DNA from: an uncultured delta proteobacterium
GTDB lineage: Bacteria; Myxococcota_A; Polyangia; Polyangiales; JAFGIB01
DNA length: 64,000 bases
Direction: 5' to 3'
Assembly (NCBI GenBank): GCA_963778655.1
Contig: CAVZVA010000003.1
Span: forward strand, 32,001 to 96,000
Part shown: in pieces, positions 40,942 to 50,286 of the stretch
Position numbering within the stretch: the stretch's first letter is position 1
Layout of the letters: the number at the start of each line of letters is the position of its first letter
Position numbers and translations under genes: made by a program
The notes under the pieces: model-generated
Told to the model about the DNA's origin: nothing
The model's input: the letters and a program-made list of their open reading frames with translations, nothing else
Database searches by the model: none

Positions 40942-42168
40942 ATGCCTTCGGGATCGATCGTGGAGCAGCACAGCCGTTTGGGAGAGCACGAAATGCCCCC
41001 GCGCGCGGGGGAGGCGGAGCTCCTTTCACGTGCCCGGGCGCTGCGCCCCTTGCTCGAAAAGAACGCGGCGCAGTGCGAGCAAGAGCGGCGCATCGCGGAC
41101 GAGAGCCTGCGCGCGCTCGAGGACGCGGGACTTCTGGCAGTGTTGGTGCCGGAGCGCGTCGGGGGCCGTGGCGCGAGCATGGTCACACAGCTGGAAGTCG
41201 CAGCAGAGCTCGGCAAGGGTTGTGCAAGCACGGCCTGGGTACAAACGCTGCTCAACGTTACAGCGTGGGCCGCATCGCTCTTGTCTCCCGCCGCGCAGCG
41301 CGAGGTATTCGAAGGGCTGCGCCCTTCGCGGGTGTGCGGCGTGCTCACGGCTTCAGGTCAGGCCGTGTCCGTGCCCGGCGGCTACCGAGTGAGCGGTACG
41401 TGGGCCTTTGCATCGGGCTGCTTGCACGCGAGCTGGGCGACAGTCGGCGTGATGGTTCCCGGTGACGACCCTGAAAAGAGCGAGCAGGGCCTCGCGTGCA
41501 TGAGGCTGTCCGAGCTGGAGATCAAAGACACCTGGCACGTGGCCGGAATGCGCGGTACCGGCAGTCACACCCTGGTTGCGCGTGAGGTGTTCGTGCCGCA
41601 CCACCGCGTGCTCGGCGGCTCTGCGCGTCATACAGACCCGACCGACGTTCCGTTGCCCGCGGCGCCGTCGGATCGCTGGCCTGTGATCTCCGTGCTGGCG
41701 CTCGTCTTACTCGGCCCGTCGCTCGGCATGGCGGAAGCGATCCTCCAGGCGGTGCTAGCCGGCCTCGGTAAAAGCGGTGTCTCGTACACGCATTACGCGC
41801 GCAAAGCGGACTCGGGGCCGCTGCTGCACGACCTCGGAAGGGCAGCCATGCAGATCGAGAGCGCGCGATTGCTCGTGCTACGCTGCGCGCAGAAGATCGA
41901 CGCAGCCGCGCACGGGCGCGATCCCGATGAGACCGAACGCGCGTGGTTGCGTGGCGCCTGCGGTCATGCGAGCGAGCTCTTGCGCGCAGCGGCGGACTCG
42001 CTCGTGTCGGCGGCCGGCGCGTCGTGCTTCGCCGAGAGCAATCCGATCCAGCGCTTCTGGCGCGACCTGAGCGTGGCCACGCGTCACGCGTTTCTCGCGA
42101 CTTCGCCGAGTTATGAGAGCTACGGCCGCGCGCTCGCCGGACTGCCGCCCGTGTTCCAACTGCTCTGA
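40942..42168 (+). CDS. Acyl-CoA dehydrogenase-fold flavin-dependent monooxygenase (HsaA-like oxygenase component)
   Basis: GYRVSGTWAFASGCLHASW, DTWHVAGMRGTGSH, NPIQRFWRDL...HA. Confidence 0.88.
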   Translation: MPSGSIVEQHSRLGEHEMPPRAGEAELLSRARALRPLLEKNAAQCEQERRIADESLRALEDAGLLAVLVPERVGGRGASMVTQLEVAAELGKGCASTAWVQTLLNVTAWAASLLSPAAQREVFEGLRPSRVCGVLTASGQAVSVPGGYRVSGTWAFASGCLHASWATVGVMVPGDDPEKSEQGLACMRLSELEIKDTWHVAGMRGTGSHTLVAREVFVPHHRVLGGSARHTDPTDVPLPAAPSDRWPVISVLALVLLGPSLGMAEAILQAVLAGLGKSGVSYTHYARKADSGPLLHDLGRAAMQIESARLLVLRCAQKIDAAAHGRDPDETERAWLRGACGHASELLRAAADSLVSAAGASCFAESNPIQRFWRDLSVATRHAFLATSPSYESYGRALAGLPPVFQLL

Positions 42169-42178
42169 GGAAATCGCC

Positions 42179-43054
42179 TTGAAGCTCGCCACATTCAGCA
42201 CGCAAGGTCGCACGCGCGTAGGCGTCGTGCGGCAGGACGTCATTGCCGACTTGTCCGCACTCGCGCCGGCGCTGCCGAGCGAAATGACGGCGCTGCTCGC
42301 CGCGGGCCCTGATGCGCTTGCTGCTGCACGCCAAGTGGCCGAGCGAGCGAAGACATTCCTTCCCCTTGCGGACGTCACGCTGCTGGCTCCGGTGGGACGT
42401 CCGGGCAAGGTGCTCGCGATCGGGCTCAACTACGCGGATCACATCGCCGAATCCGGCCTCCCGCGCCCCGAGCATCCGACCGTGTTCAACAAGCAGTCGA
42501 CGTGCATCACGGGGCCTTTCGCGCCGGTGCACATGCCGCGCGTATCCAGGGCGCTCGACTACGAAGGCGAGCTCGCCTTCGTGATCGGCCGGCGTTGCCG
42601 CCACGTACCCCGAGCGCGCGCCCGCGAGGTGATCGCTGGCTACTGCATCATGAACGACGTTTCGGTGCGTGACTTCCAGCTGCGCACGCCGACCTGGACC
42701 ATGGGCAAGTCGTTCGATACGCACGGGCCGCTCGGCCCATGGCTGGTGACGACCGAGGAGATGCAAGACCCGCACGCGTTGCGCCTGCGCACCTTCGTGA
42801 ACGGCGAGCTGCGACAGGACAGCAACACCTCGCAACTCGTGTTCGACTGCGACTACCTGGTCGAGCACCTCTCGCAGGCCTTCACGCTAGAGCCCGGTGA
42901 CGTGATCACGACCGGTACGCCCGGCGGTGTGGGCGCCGCGATGAAGCCGCCGCGCTTTCTCCAAGCGGGCGACCGCGTGATCATCGAGATCGAGGGCCTG
43001 GGCGCGCTCGAAAACCACGTGATCGACGAGCCGCTCGACACCGCGTGCATTTGA
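42179..43054 (+). CDS. Fumarylacetoacetate hydrolase family protein
   Basis: TTG start after GAGG; IGLNYADH, LDYEGEL, NDVSVRD, GKSFDT..PLGP, LEPGDVITTGTPGGVG. Confidence 0.93.
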   Translation: MKLATFSTQGRTRVGVVRQDVIADLSALAPALPSEMTALLAAGPDALAAARQVAERAKTFLPLADVTLLAPVGRPGKVLAIGLNYADHIAESGLPRPEHPTVFNKQSTCITGPFAPVHMPRVSRALDYEGELAFVIGRRCRHVPRARAREVIAGYCIMNDVSVRDFQLRTPTWTMGKSFDTHGPLGPWLVTTEEMQDPHALRLRTFVNGELRQDSNTSQLVFDCDYLVEHLSQAFTLEPGDVITTGTPGGVGAAMKPPRFLQAGDRVIIEIEGLGALENHVIDEPLDTACI

Positions 43055-43088
43055 GCGGAACCCTGGAACCCTGCGAGAGGATTGGCCC

Positions 43089-43967
43089 ATGCTCCACCGT
43101 CTGTGCTGCCTCGAGATGGTCGTGCCCGATGTCGCGGCCACGGCTGCTTTCTATCGCGACTTCGGCCTGCGAGAGGTTGCGTCTGGGCAGCTGGCGTCGA
43201 CGGCAGGCGGCGTGCAGCTCGTGCTGGTTTCCGGCACCGCGCGCGCCGTACGCAGCTTGCGGGTCGGCGTCGACGATGCGAGCGACCTCGATCGAATCGC
43301 GCACAACCTGCAAGACCTGGGAGCAGCTTGCGAGCGCGGCGACGGTGTGCTCGAGACCCGCGATCCGGATCTCGACATCGCGCTGCGCATCTCGATCGCG
43401 CCGCGGATCGCGGCCCGTGCCCCCACGTCCAACGCGCGCGGACCGCGTGGTGCCCTCATGCCGGAAGAAGGCGAGCCGCCGCGCCCGCGCAAGCTTAGCC
43501 ACGTGGTGCTGGGCTCGCCGAATCCCCTGTCGACCTGCCGCTTACTGTGCGACGGTCTCGGCTTTCGCGTGAGCGATCGACTGCCCGAAATCAACGCAAC
43601 GTTTCTGCGCTGCGGCAGCGATCACCATGACGTGCTCGTGCAGCCTGCGCCGCGGGCGTTCTTGCACCACACCGCATGGGAGCTCGCGAACGTGGACGAT
43701 GTCGGTCGCGCCGCGATGCGCATGCTCGAACGCGACGCCGCGAGCCAGGTGTGGGGCTTAGGCCGCCACCTCGTGGGCAGCAACTATTTCTGGTACCTGC
43801 GCGATCCAGCCGGCAACTTCGCTGAGTATTCGAGCGACGTCGACACCATACCCGACGACGCCGCCTGGCAACCGGGCGACTTCCACGGCCGCGCCCAGCT
43901 CTACGCCTGGGGCCCGCCGCCGCCGCTCGAGTTCCTGCTGCCGAGCGACATCTATCCGAGATCCTGA
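43089..43967 (+). CDS. VOC-family protein, extradiol ring-cleavage dioxygenase-like
   Basis: LSHVVL, FLRCGSDHH, HHTAWE, WGLGRH..GSNYFWYLRDPAGNFAEY. Confidence 0.85.
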   Translation: MLHRLCCLEMVVPDVAATAAFYRDFGLREVASGQLASTAGGVQLVLVSGTARAVRSLRVGVDDASDLDRIAHNLQDLGAACERGDGVLETRDPDLDIALRISIAPRIAARAPTSNARGPRGALMPEEGEPPRPRKLSHVVLGSPNPLSTCRLLCDGLGFRVSDRLPEINATFLRCGSDHHDVLVQPAPRAFLHHTAWELANVDDVGRAAMRMLERDAASQVWGLGRHLVGSNYFWYLRDPAGNFAEYSSDVDTIPDDAAWQPGDFHGRAQLYAWGPPPPLEFLLPSDIYPRS

Positions 43968-44424
43968 TTCTGCACGCCTCCGGGCTCTGGTGGCCATCCG
44001 TTGTCCTTTTGCAGCGAGACTGGTCAATACTTGGCACAGTGTGCGGGCAGCAATGCGCTGCAGGACATTCGCTTGCCGCGCTCGAATGCGGGCTCGATGC
44101 CCTGCTGCTTTCCATGCCGTTGAGCGGCGGGCCGCGGACGCTGCTGGGCAGCAACGACGCGAGACTGAACCCGGACGCGAAGGACGCACGGCGATTCCAC
44201 CCCGAACGAGAGCGAGCTCGCAACGCCCGCGCTGCAGCTCGCGGCCGCCTTCGAAGCGCCGGACCCGGCCGGATCGATCGCGTTCACGCACGAGAGCTTG
44301 ACCGTCACCGCAAGTGTGCAGGTCTCGTCCCGCCTTCGTCGCGACACCTAGCTCGACGGTACACCGCCCGAAGACCTCGCTGGTCTTGGTGAGCGTCCGA
44401 AGAAGGACTATAGTCACGTTTGCC

Positions 44425-45399
44425 TTGGATTCCAGCGAGAGCAAACCGACCGCGATTGGGGTGTGGGGAGTTCGCAACTACTACACGACCCTGGAGCGAC
44501 GCGCCGCGACGGCCGCGACGATCACACCAAGTTACCTGGCGATGGTGGTTGCCGCAGCAGCCATGGCAACGGCGGGGCTGTTGATGGACAGCGCCGCCGC
44601 GGTCATTGGCTCGATGTGCGTTGCCCCTTTCATGGCGCCATCTCGTGGCGTCTGCATTGGCCTGCTGTTCGGCAACTGGAAGGTCTTTGCCGCGAGCATG
44701 ACCAAGCAGCTCTTCGGACTCCTTCTGATCGGCGGCGGCGTAGCGACCCTCATCACCTTGTCGCTGCAAGCGACGGTGGGAAACCTCTCGGTTACGCACG
44801 AAATCTTGCTTCGCGCGATGCCGACCACGCGGGATGTCGCCTTGAGTGCGATCATCGCGGTGTCAGCGGGGGCTGCGGCATCCCTGGTCCTCATCACCCA
44901 GCCGAGCACCACCTTGGAGACGCCGTGGGGGCAGGTTCTTGATGCCGTCATCGGCGTGGAGATCGCGATTTCGTTGCTTCCGCCGGCTGCAGTGATGGGG
45001 ATCGCCTACGTGCTCAACACCCCAGCCAATGGCACCAACGCGTTCATGCTGTTGATCGTCAACCTCGTTGGCATCGATGTGGTTGGTAGCGTGTCCATCC
45101 TGGCGATCCGTGGCGTTCGCCGCCGATATCTGGAGGTGGAGAAGAAGATTCGCGGTGTGGCGTCGAAGACCCTCGCTGATGTTCCCGGCTTCGTGTCGGT
45201 CGGCAGCACCATCGACGTGACGTTGCTCAACGAGAACGAAGCGCGGATCGATGTTATCCTTCGTCGCGAGTTTCGAGGCGAAGTCCCAGATGATCTGGCC
45301 AAAACGATCGCCTCCCGAGTCTTCGCGGGGACCTCGCTGAAGGTCGACGTCGCGGTGGAAGTCGTTCCCATCCTCACGCACATGGGCATTCCAAAATAG
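44425..45399 (+). CDS. DUF389 domain membrane protein
   Basis: ATAGLLMDSAAAVIGSMCVAPFMAP, IIAVSAGAA, GVEIAISLLPP, multiple TM segments; start uncertain. Confidence 0.8.
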   Translation: MDSSESKPTAIGVWGVRNYYTTLERRAATAATITPSYLAMVVAAAAMATAGLLMDSAAAVIGSMCVAPFMAPSRGVCIGLLFGNWKVFAASMTKQLFGLLLIGGGVATLITLSLQATVGNLSVTHEILLRAMPTTRDVALSAIIAVSAGAAASLVLITQPSTTLETPWGQVLDAVIGVEIAISLLPPAAVMGIAYVLNTPANGTNAFMLLIVNLVGIDVVGSVSILAIRGVRRRYLEVEKKIRGVASKTLADVPGFVSVGSTIDVTLLNENEARIDVILRREFRGEVPDDLAKTIASRVFAGTSLKVDVAVEVVPILTHMGIPK

Positions 45400-45564
45400 G
45401 CGCGCCTGCGAACGCGCTCGTGTTGCCCTCGCCCGGACTCAGGGCACGACCTTCACGTCGTTGGGGCCCGACTGGGTGAGCCCCCAGGGCACCATGAACG
45501 CGCCACCGGCGTCGAGGTCGGCCGCCACGACATAATGCTCGGTGGGATCGAGATCCACACCCCT

Positions 45565-46179
45565 CTACGGCTCGGCGCTGGCGGCCGGCGGACGCTGCAT
45601 GAACCACATGTTGGTGTCGGCGCCTCGGAGCACGGCCTCCGACGTCACTTCGAAGCCGTGATTCTGGTAGATGCGTACGCTGCTCGGCCTGTCGGTTTCG
45701 AGATAGCAAGGCACCTGCTCCGCGTCAGCTTTCGCGCTCAAAGAGCGCAGCAGGCGCGAGCCCAGACCTTGACCCTGGCGCTCGGGCTCGACCCCGAGCA
45801 CCCACAGAAACCAATGCGGATCGTGCAGATGCTTGCGCTGCATCTCACCGTCTATGAGCACGAAGCGGTGCGCGCGCCCCAGCCGGGCGCGCAGGACACC
45901 CCAGGCCGTGATCAGCTGCCCGATCGGGGACGGCGGATAGCGTCGCGGCGGGAACAGCAGCGAGGCAGCCACGACAGACGTGCCTTCCTTGATCACCTCG
46001 ACCAACCCGTCCCGCTGCGTGGTCCGCAAGAAGCCGAGACTGATCGTCCGCAAGGCGCGCTCGCGCTTGTCCTCGTCGTCACCCTTCAACAGACCGAGGT
46101 AGACGGGATTGTCTCGAAACGCCCGCGCCAACACCGCCGCGGCCTCTGACAGCTCTGCTGTAGCGATCTGTTGAACCAT
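45565..46179 (-). CDS. GNAT N-acetyltransferase
   Basis: HWFLWVLGVEPERQGQGLGSRLL, CYLET, IYQNHGF. Confidence 0.92.
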   Translation of the reverse strand: MVQQIATAELSEAAAVLARAFRDNPVYLGLLKGDDEDKRERALRTISLGFLRTTQRDGLVEVIKEGTSVVAASLLFPPRRYPPSPIGQLITAWGVLRARLGRAHRFVLIDGEMQRKHLHDPHWFLWVLGVEPERQGQGLGSRLLRSLSAKADAEQVPCYLETDRPSSVRIYQNHGFEVTSEAVLRGADTNMWFMQRPPAASAEP

Positions 46180-46194
46180 GTTCCGTTCCTCACG

Positions 46195-48094
46195 TCACTC
46201 CGAAGGCTCGTCGCGTCCGTTCCAGTCGCTGGGCGCCGACCGCAGGCTCGCCCTGCGGCCGCTCGGGCGCAAAGGCGCCGTCTGTGCGACGCCGGTCAAC
46301 CCCTGAGCGAGCGCCTCCAGCAACGCCGTCGAGGGCGCGCACAGCTGCTGGTCGCCGACCGCAACCACTGCGACTGCAAGCACCTGGATGCGGCCATCCA
46401 GCTCCTGGTCGAGAGGGTACATGCAGTAGCGTACCTCCGGCTCGGCCCTCGCGCCCGGCGCAGTGTCGCCGCTGGCCTCGAACAGCTCGGTGTCGTTCTG
46501 GGTGCAAACCCGACTTGCGACGGCTTGCCGCACCATGTCGAGCGAAACATCCGGCGCTGAGCTCGCGTTGCGTGGAGAAACCAGCTGAATCTCGCTCCCC
46601 TCGCAGAGGAACAGGTAGCCACTGGGGCTGCTTGTCTCCTCCAGCAGAAATTCGAGCACGCGGTCATAGCGCTCGCGGGGCCCGACGCAATCGAGCAGCG
46701 CCCACGCACTTGGTCCGGTCTCCACGCGGGGTCAGGGCCCGGGTCGAGCGTCCGCGTCGCTTTCTGCGGCCCCCGGGCGATCTCGCGGCGCAAGGCGTCC
46801 CCGCGCGCGATCAGGGTCGGGTTGTCGCTCGATTGAAAGCAACATGCGACCTCTGCAAGGTGCGCCTTCGCTGCCTCTTCGTCGCCGGCCTGCTGCGCGA
46901 CGCGCCCGGCCGCCTCGTGCAGGATTCCGCGGGTGGTCGTGCCCGCGCGATCGCCGATTTCCGCGAGGTAGGAGTCGATGCGCGCAGCGCCGGCCTCGGG
47001 TGCACCGATCGCGGCCTCGGCCAGCGCGAGGTTGACGACGATTGGGGCGACCATGATCGTCAGGGAGCGCTCCTCCGCGTCGAGTGGGGCAAGCGTATCC
47101 AGACCGAGGCGCAACGCCTCCTGCGGCCTGCCGAGCGCGATCAGATTGGTCGACGCGGGAGAGGGTTGATCTGCATTGCAACCCAGCACGATCAGCATGT
47201 GTCGCTCGTGGATGCCACTGGCGAGCGCAGCGAGCAGGGCGGTTGAGTTGTCGTCCGCGTGCTCGAGGTTGTGGACCGCGAGCAACAGCGGCGCGCTCGT
47301 GCCGACCTTCTCGAACCAGGAGAGCAGCGCGCCTTGGACGCGCAAGCGCGCCTCGCGCGGGTCGGCACCGCCGAGCTCCGCGGGGCTGGCGTCGAGCCTG
47401 GGCGCGACCCGAACCTCCGCGTCGTCGATGAACCTCGAGAGCTCGCTCGCGTGCTCTCGCGCCGCGTCGCTCGCGTGGTCGGGTTGATCCGCGGCCACGC
47501 CGCGCACCAGCTCCTCGACCACGGCATACGCGCCCGTGTCTTGTTGCGGCCGAAATCCGCCAGCGTTCCGAAATCGATCAACTTGGCACGACCGCTCGCG
47601 GTGACGCGCACATTGCGCGCGCTGAGGTCTCGATGGACCAGTCCGCGGGCGTGCAGCAGCGCGAGCGAGCTGGCGACGTCGCGCAAGCATGCGCACGCGG
47701 TCCGGTAGGGCAAGGGCGCGACCTCTCGCAGGTCCCGGCCGTCGAGCAGCTCCATCGTGTAGAACGGGCCGCTGCGGTCGCAGCCGTAATCGTAGACCTC
47801 GATGATGCCCGGGTGCTTGAGCCCCGCGAGCGCGTAGAACTCGCGCTCGAACATGCGCGTGCGCCGCTGCAGGTGGTCGTCGCCGGACATGCGCTTGAGC
47901 GCGACCTCGTGCTTCTTCACCCGGTCGAAGACGCGGTAGACGGTGCCCATGCCGCCGGTCGCCAGGCGCGCTGCCACGCGGTAGCGCCCGGCGATCAATT
48001 CCGGCGTCGGCGCGCCTTCATCGGCCGCTAGCACTCCTCCGCTCTCCCCGCGTTGCTCGTCGGCCCGCGAAGCTTGCCCGCCTCGTGACACCAC
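46195..48094 (-). pseudogene. Ser/Thr kinase-AAA ATPase-TPR multidomain gene, fragmented
   Basis: Kinase motifs GGMGTVY, VALK, HRDLSARN and DFG stop abruptly near 47540; frame change to an AAA piece (LLLAVHNLEHADD), jump to a TPR piece, further frame change near 46730 to the C-terminal domain. Confidence 0.8.
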
Positions 48095-48725
48095 GACCTC
48101 CCAAGTATACGTGCATTCTACGCCAGGGACGACACTATTTCGACAAACGTGCAGTATAGATGTAGTGCGTATTCGAATGGAGCGCCCGAATGTGGCGCCT
48201 GGCGGGGGCTCTTCTGCTCGGGAGGGGCAGTACCAGCTCGAGCCCGACCGGCGCACCCGTAGTCAGGACCGCGAAGAGCCCTGCGCGCCGCGCTGGCCCT
48301 GCGCGCGTAGACAGGGCATGCCCCCCCGCTGACAGCGCGCAAGCGCTGCTCGTGTAGCTGTTGCCGCCGCAGCCGCACGCCGGCGCCGCCTCGCACGCGC
48401 GCAACCACGCGCCTCGCTCGATGAGCACCATCACCCTGAGTCGCGGTCCGGCGCCGTCGTCGTTCACGACCCTCTCAACATCGGCGCGCCGGCGCGACCC
48501 AAGCCTGCAACCGACCGGCCACTCACCCGCACGGTACATCTCAGCGCACGATCGCGCACCGAGCCCGCGCCCCCCTTTCGTTCAGAATGGCCGCCCGGGC
48601 ACAGCTTGGAGACCGGCCTGCTTGTTTCGGTCTCGTCGATGACAGGCGGCCGTGCAGTCGACCCGAGATGCAAACGCCCCGCCGGCCTCTTCGGGGGACC
48701 GCGCCGAACATGTTACATCTTCGCG

Positions 48726-49412
48726 ATGCAGACCAGTTTGATCGTCGCGGACGACTTCTTCGAAGAGCCGGAGGCCATCAGGCGTCTGGCGCTTTCCGGA
48801 ACCTTCGTCGACAGCACAGACGCGGCCTACACCGGCAGCTGGAACAGCCCGGCGGATTTCCGCATCAAGCCGATCCTACACAAGCTGGCGCTGGCTCTGG
48901 GAGCGGACGTGGTCTACGACCCGAAGCTGCCGTTCAGCTTTCGCAGCTTGACGCAGAAGCAGTACGACCAGAAGCACACCTTGGTTCACCATGACCGCTC
49001 GATATGGGTTGCATTCGTCAGCCTGATGCCGCCTTCGCTGCCCCAGGTGTCCACAGCCTTCTACCGTCATTGCCAGACCGGTCTCCACGGCTTGCACGAC
49101 GCGCACAAGGTCCACGAGCTCCTGGCCGCGGGCAAGTACGACCTTGGCCGGCTCGGCGCGGTTCTGGCGGCGGACTCAGCTTGCCTTTCGCGCTGGGACG
49201 AGGTCGGGCGCGTTGGACACACGTGGAATCGCCTGATCATCATGCGCGGCCGCCAGTTTCACGCCGCCGGACGCGGCTTCGGAACATCGCCGAAGAATGC
49301 CAAGCTGACCATGCTGATCCCTTTCGAGGTCGCTGGGCAAGAGCAGCGCAGGCCGAATCGCGGCATGATTCGCACGCAGCTCTACCGACGCGCCTCGACG
49401 AACAGGGAGTAG
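48726..49412 (+). CDS. DUF6445-like 2OG-Fe(II) oxygenase
   Basis: LIVADDFFEEP..IR..AL, VHHD (HxD), TAFYRH..TG, WNRLII..G..FHAA..GFG. Confidence 0.78.
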   Translation: MQTSLIVADDFFEEPEAIRRLALSGTFVDSTDAAYTGSWNSPADFRIKPILHKLALALGADVVYDPKLPFSFRSLTQKQYDQKHTLVHHDRSIWVAFVSLMPPSLPQVSTAFYRHCQTGLHGLHDAHKVHELLAAGKYDLGRLGAVLAADSACLSRWDEVGRVGHTWNRLIIMRGRQFHAAGRGFGTSPKNAKLTMLIPFEVAGQEQRRPNRGMIRTQLYRRASTNRE

Positions 49413-50239
49413 TGCCTCCCGCGGGTCCGTGCTCCGGCGTAATCGCTGGCGGTGTCCACGCGAAGCGCACGGTGCCGGCTCTTCATATAACTGCTGCGCT
49501 CGATGCGCCTGAACCCAGCTCGCCGCAGCAACTCTCGCAAGGTCTCGAAGTCGTAGCCGAACCTGTGCCCCCAGAAGTTATACGGCGGCTTGTTCGCCCC
49601 AGCATATGAGAGCACCTGCTCGAGCAGGGTCGCGCCTTTTGCGTCCTTCGACCAGTGCTCTGCTCGGTCGCGGAAGAAGCGGCGGTCACGCTTCGAGTAC
49701 GCGACCATGTACTGCTCGATATCCGGCACGATCAATCTCAGCACGCCCCCGGCTGCGAGCACACGACGCACATCCACGAGCAAACGCAGTGCGTCATCGG
49801 GGTAGTCCAGGTGCTCGAGCAGGTGAGAGCAAAAGACGAATCGGGCAGAGCCCTTCGGAAACGGAAGACCCCAGAGCACGTCCAGCGCGAGATCCGCGGG
49901 AGGCAGGTCGAGGTTCAGCCAACCATCCAGTCGCCGCGCGCCGCCGCCGACCTGAATCTTGAGCGCAGACGGGCTGCCAGAGAGCCCGAGCCGCGCGTAC
50001 TGTCTTGAGATGTACGGCGAGCGCATGCGCTCCAGCGTCCGTTTCGCGCGTATCAGCGCGCGGCAGCACTGCATCAGCTCCTGCCGCGTCTCTCGGCCGG
50101 CACGCGTGGCGCTGCTGAGGTGTCCACCGAATCCCCCCAGATCGCGCGCGACCTGGCGGGTCAAGAGCGCAATGTACTGGACTAGGCGCTCGTTGGAAAC
50201 TGCCTTCGGCTTCCGGCCACGTGCTCGAGGTTGCTCCAT
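49382..50239 (-). CDS. Class I SAM-dependent methyltransferase
   Basis: QVGGGARRLDGWLNLD, LPF, CSHLLEHL, RVLAAGGVLRLIVPD, HRFGYDFETL..LL..AGF. Confidence 0.85.
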   Translation of the reverse strand: MEQPRARGRKPKAVSNERLVQYIALLTRQVARDLGGFGGHLSSATRAGRETRQELMQCCRALIRAKRTLERMRSPYISRQYARLGLSGSPSALKIQVGGGARRLDGWLNLDLPPADLALDVLWGLPFPKGSARFVFCSHLLEHLDYPDDALRLLVDVRRVLAAGGVLRLIVPDIEQYMVAYSKRDRRFFRDRAEHWSKDAKGATLLEQVLSYAGANKPPYNFWGHRFGYDFETLRELLRRAGFRRIERSSYMKSRHRALRVDTASDYAGARTRGRHYSLFVEARR

Positions 50240-50286
50240 CGTTGTCCTCAGCGAATCTCCGTGCCACGGTTTTCCTCGAGGCCCCG

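Noticed and set aside
44120..44230. Possible cytochrome P450 fragment (LLGSND...RFHPER)
   Set aside because: Only a weak resemblance; no heme-binding FxxGxxxC motif follows.
48320..48410. Cys-containing stretch (CEAAPACGCGGNSYTSSAC) as the RiPP precursor
   Set aside because: Looks like a degenerate Kazal-type module remnant, with no clear RBS/start, leader or acidic/Thr-rich graspetide core.
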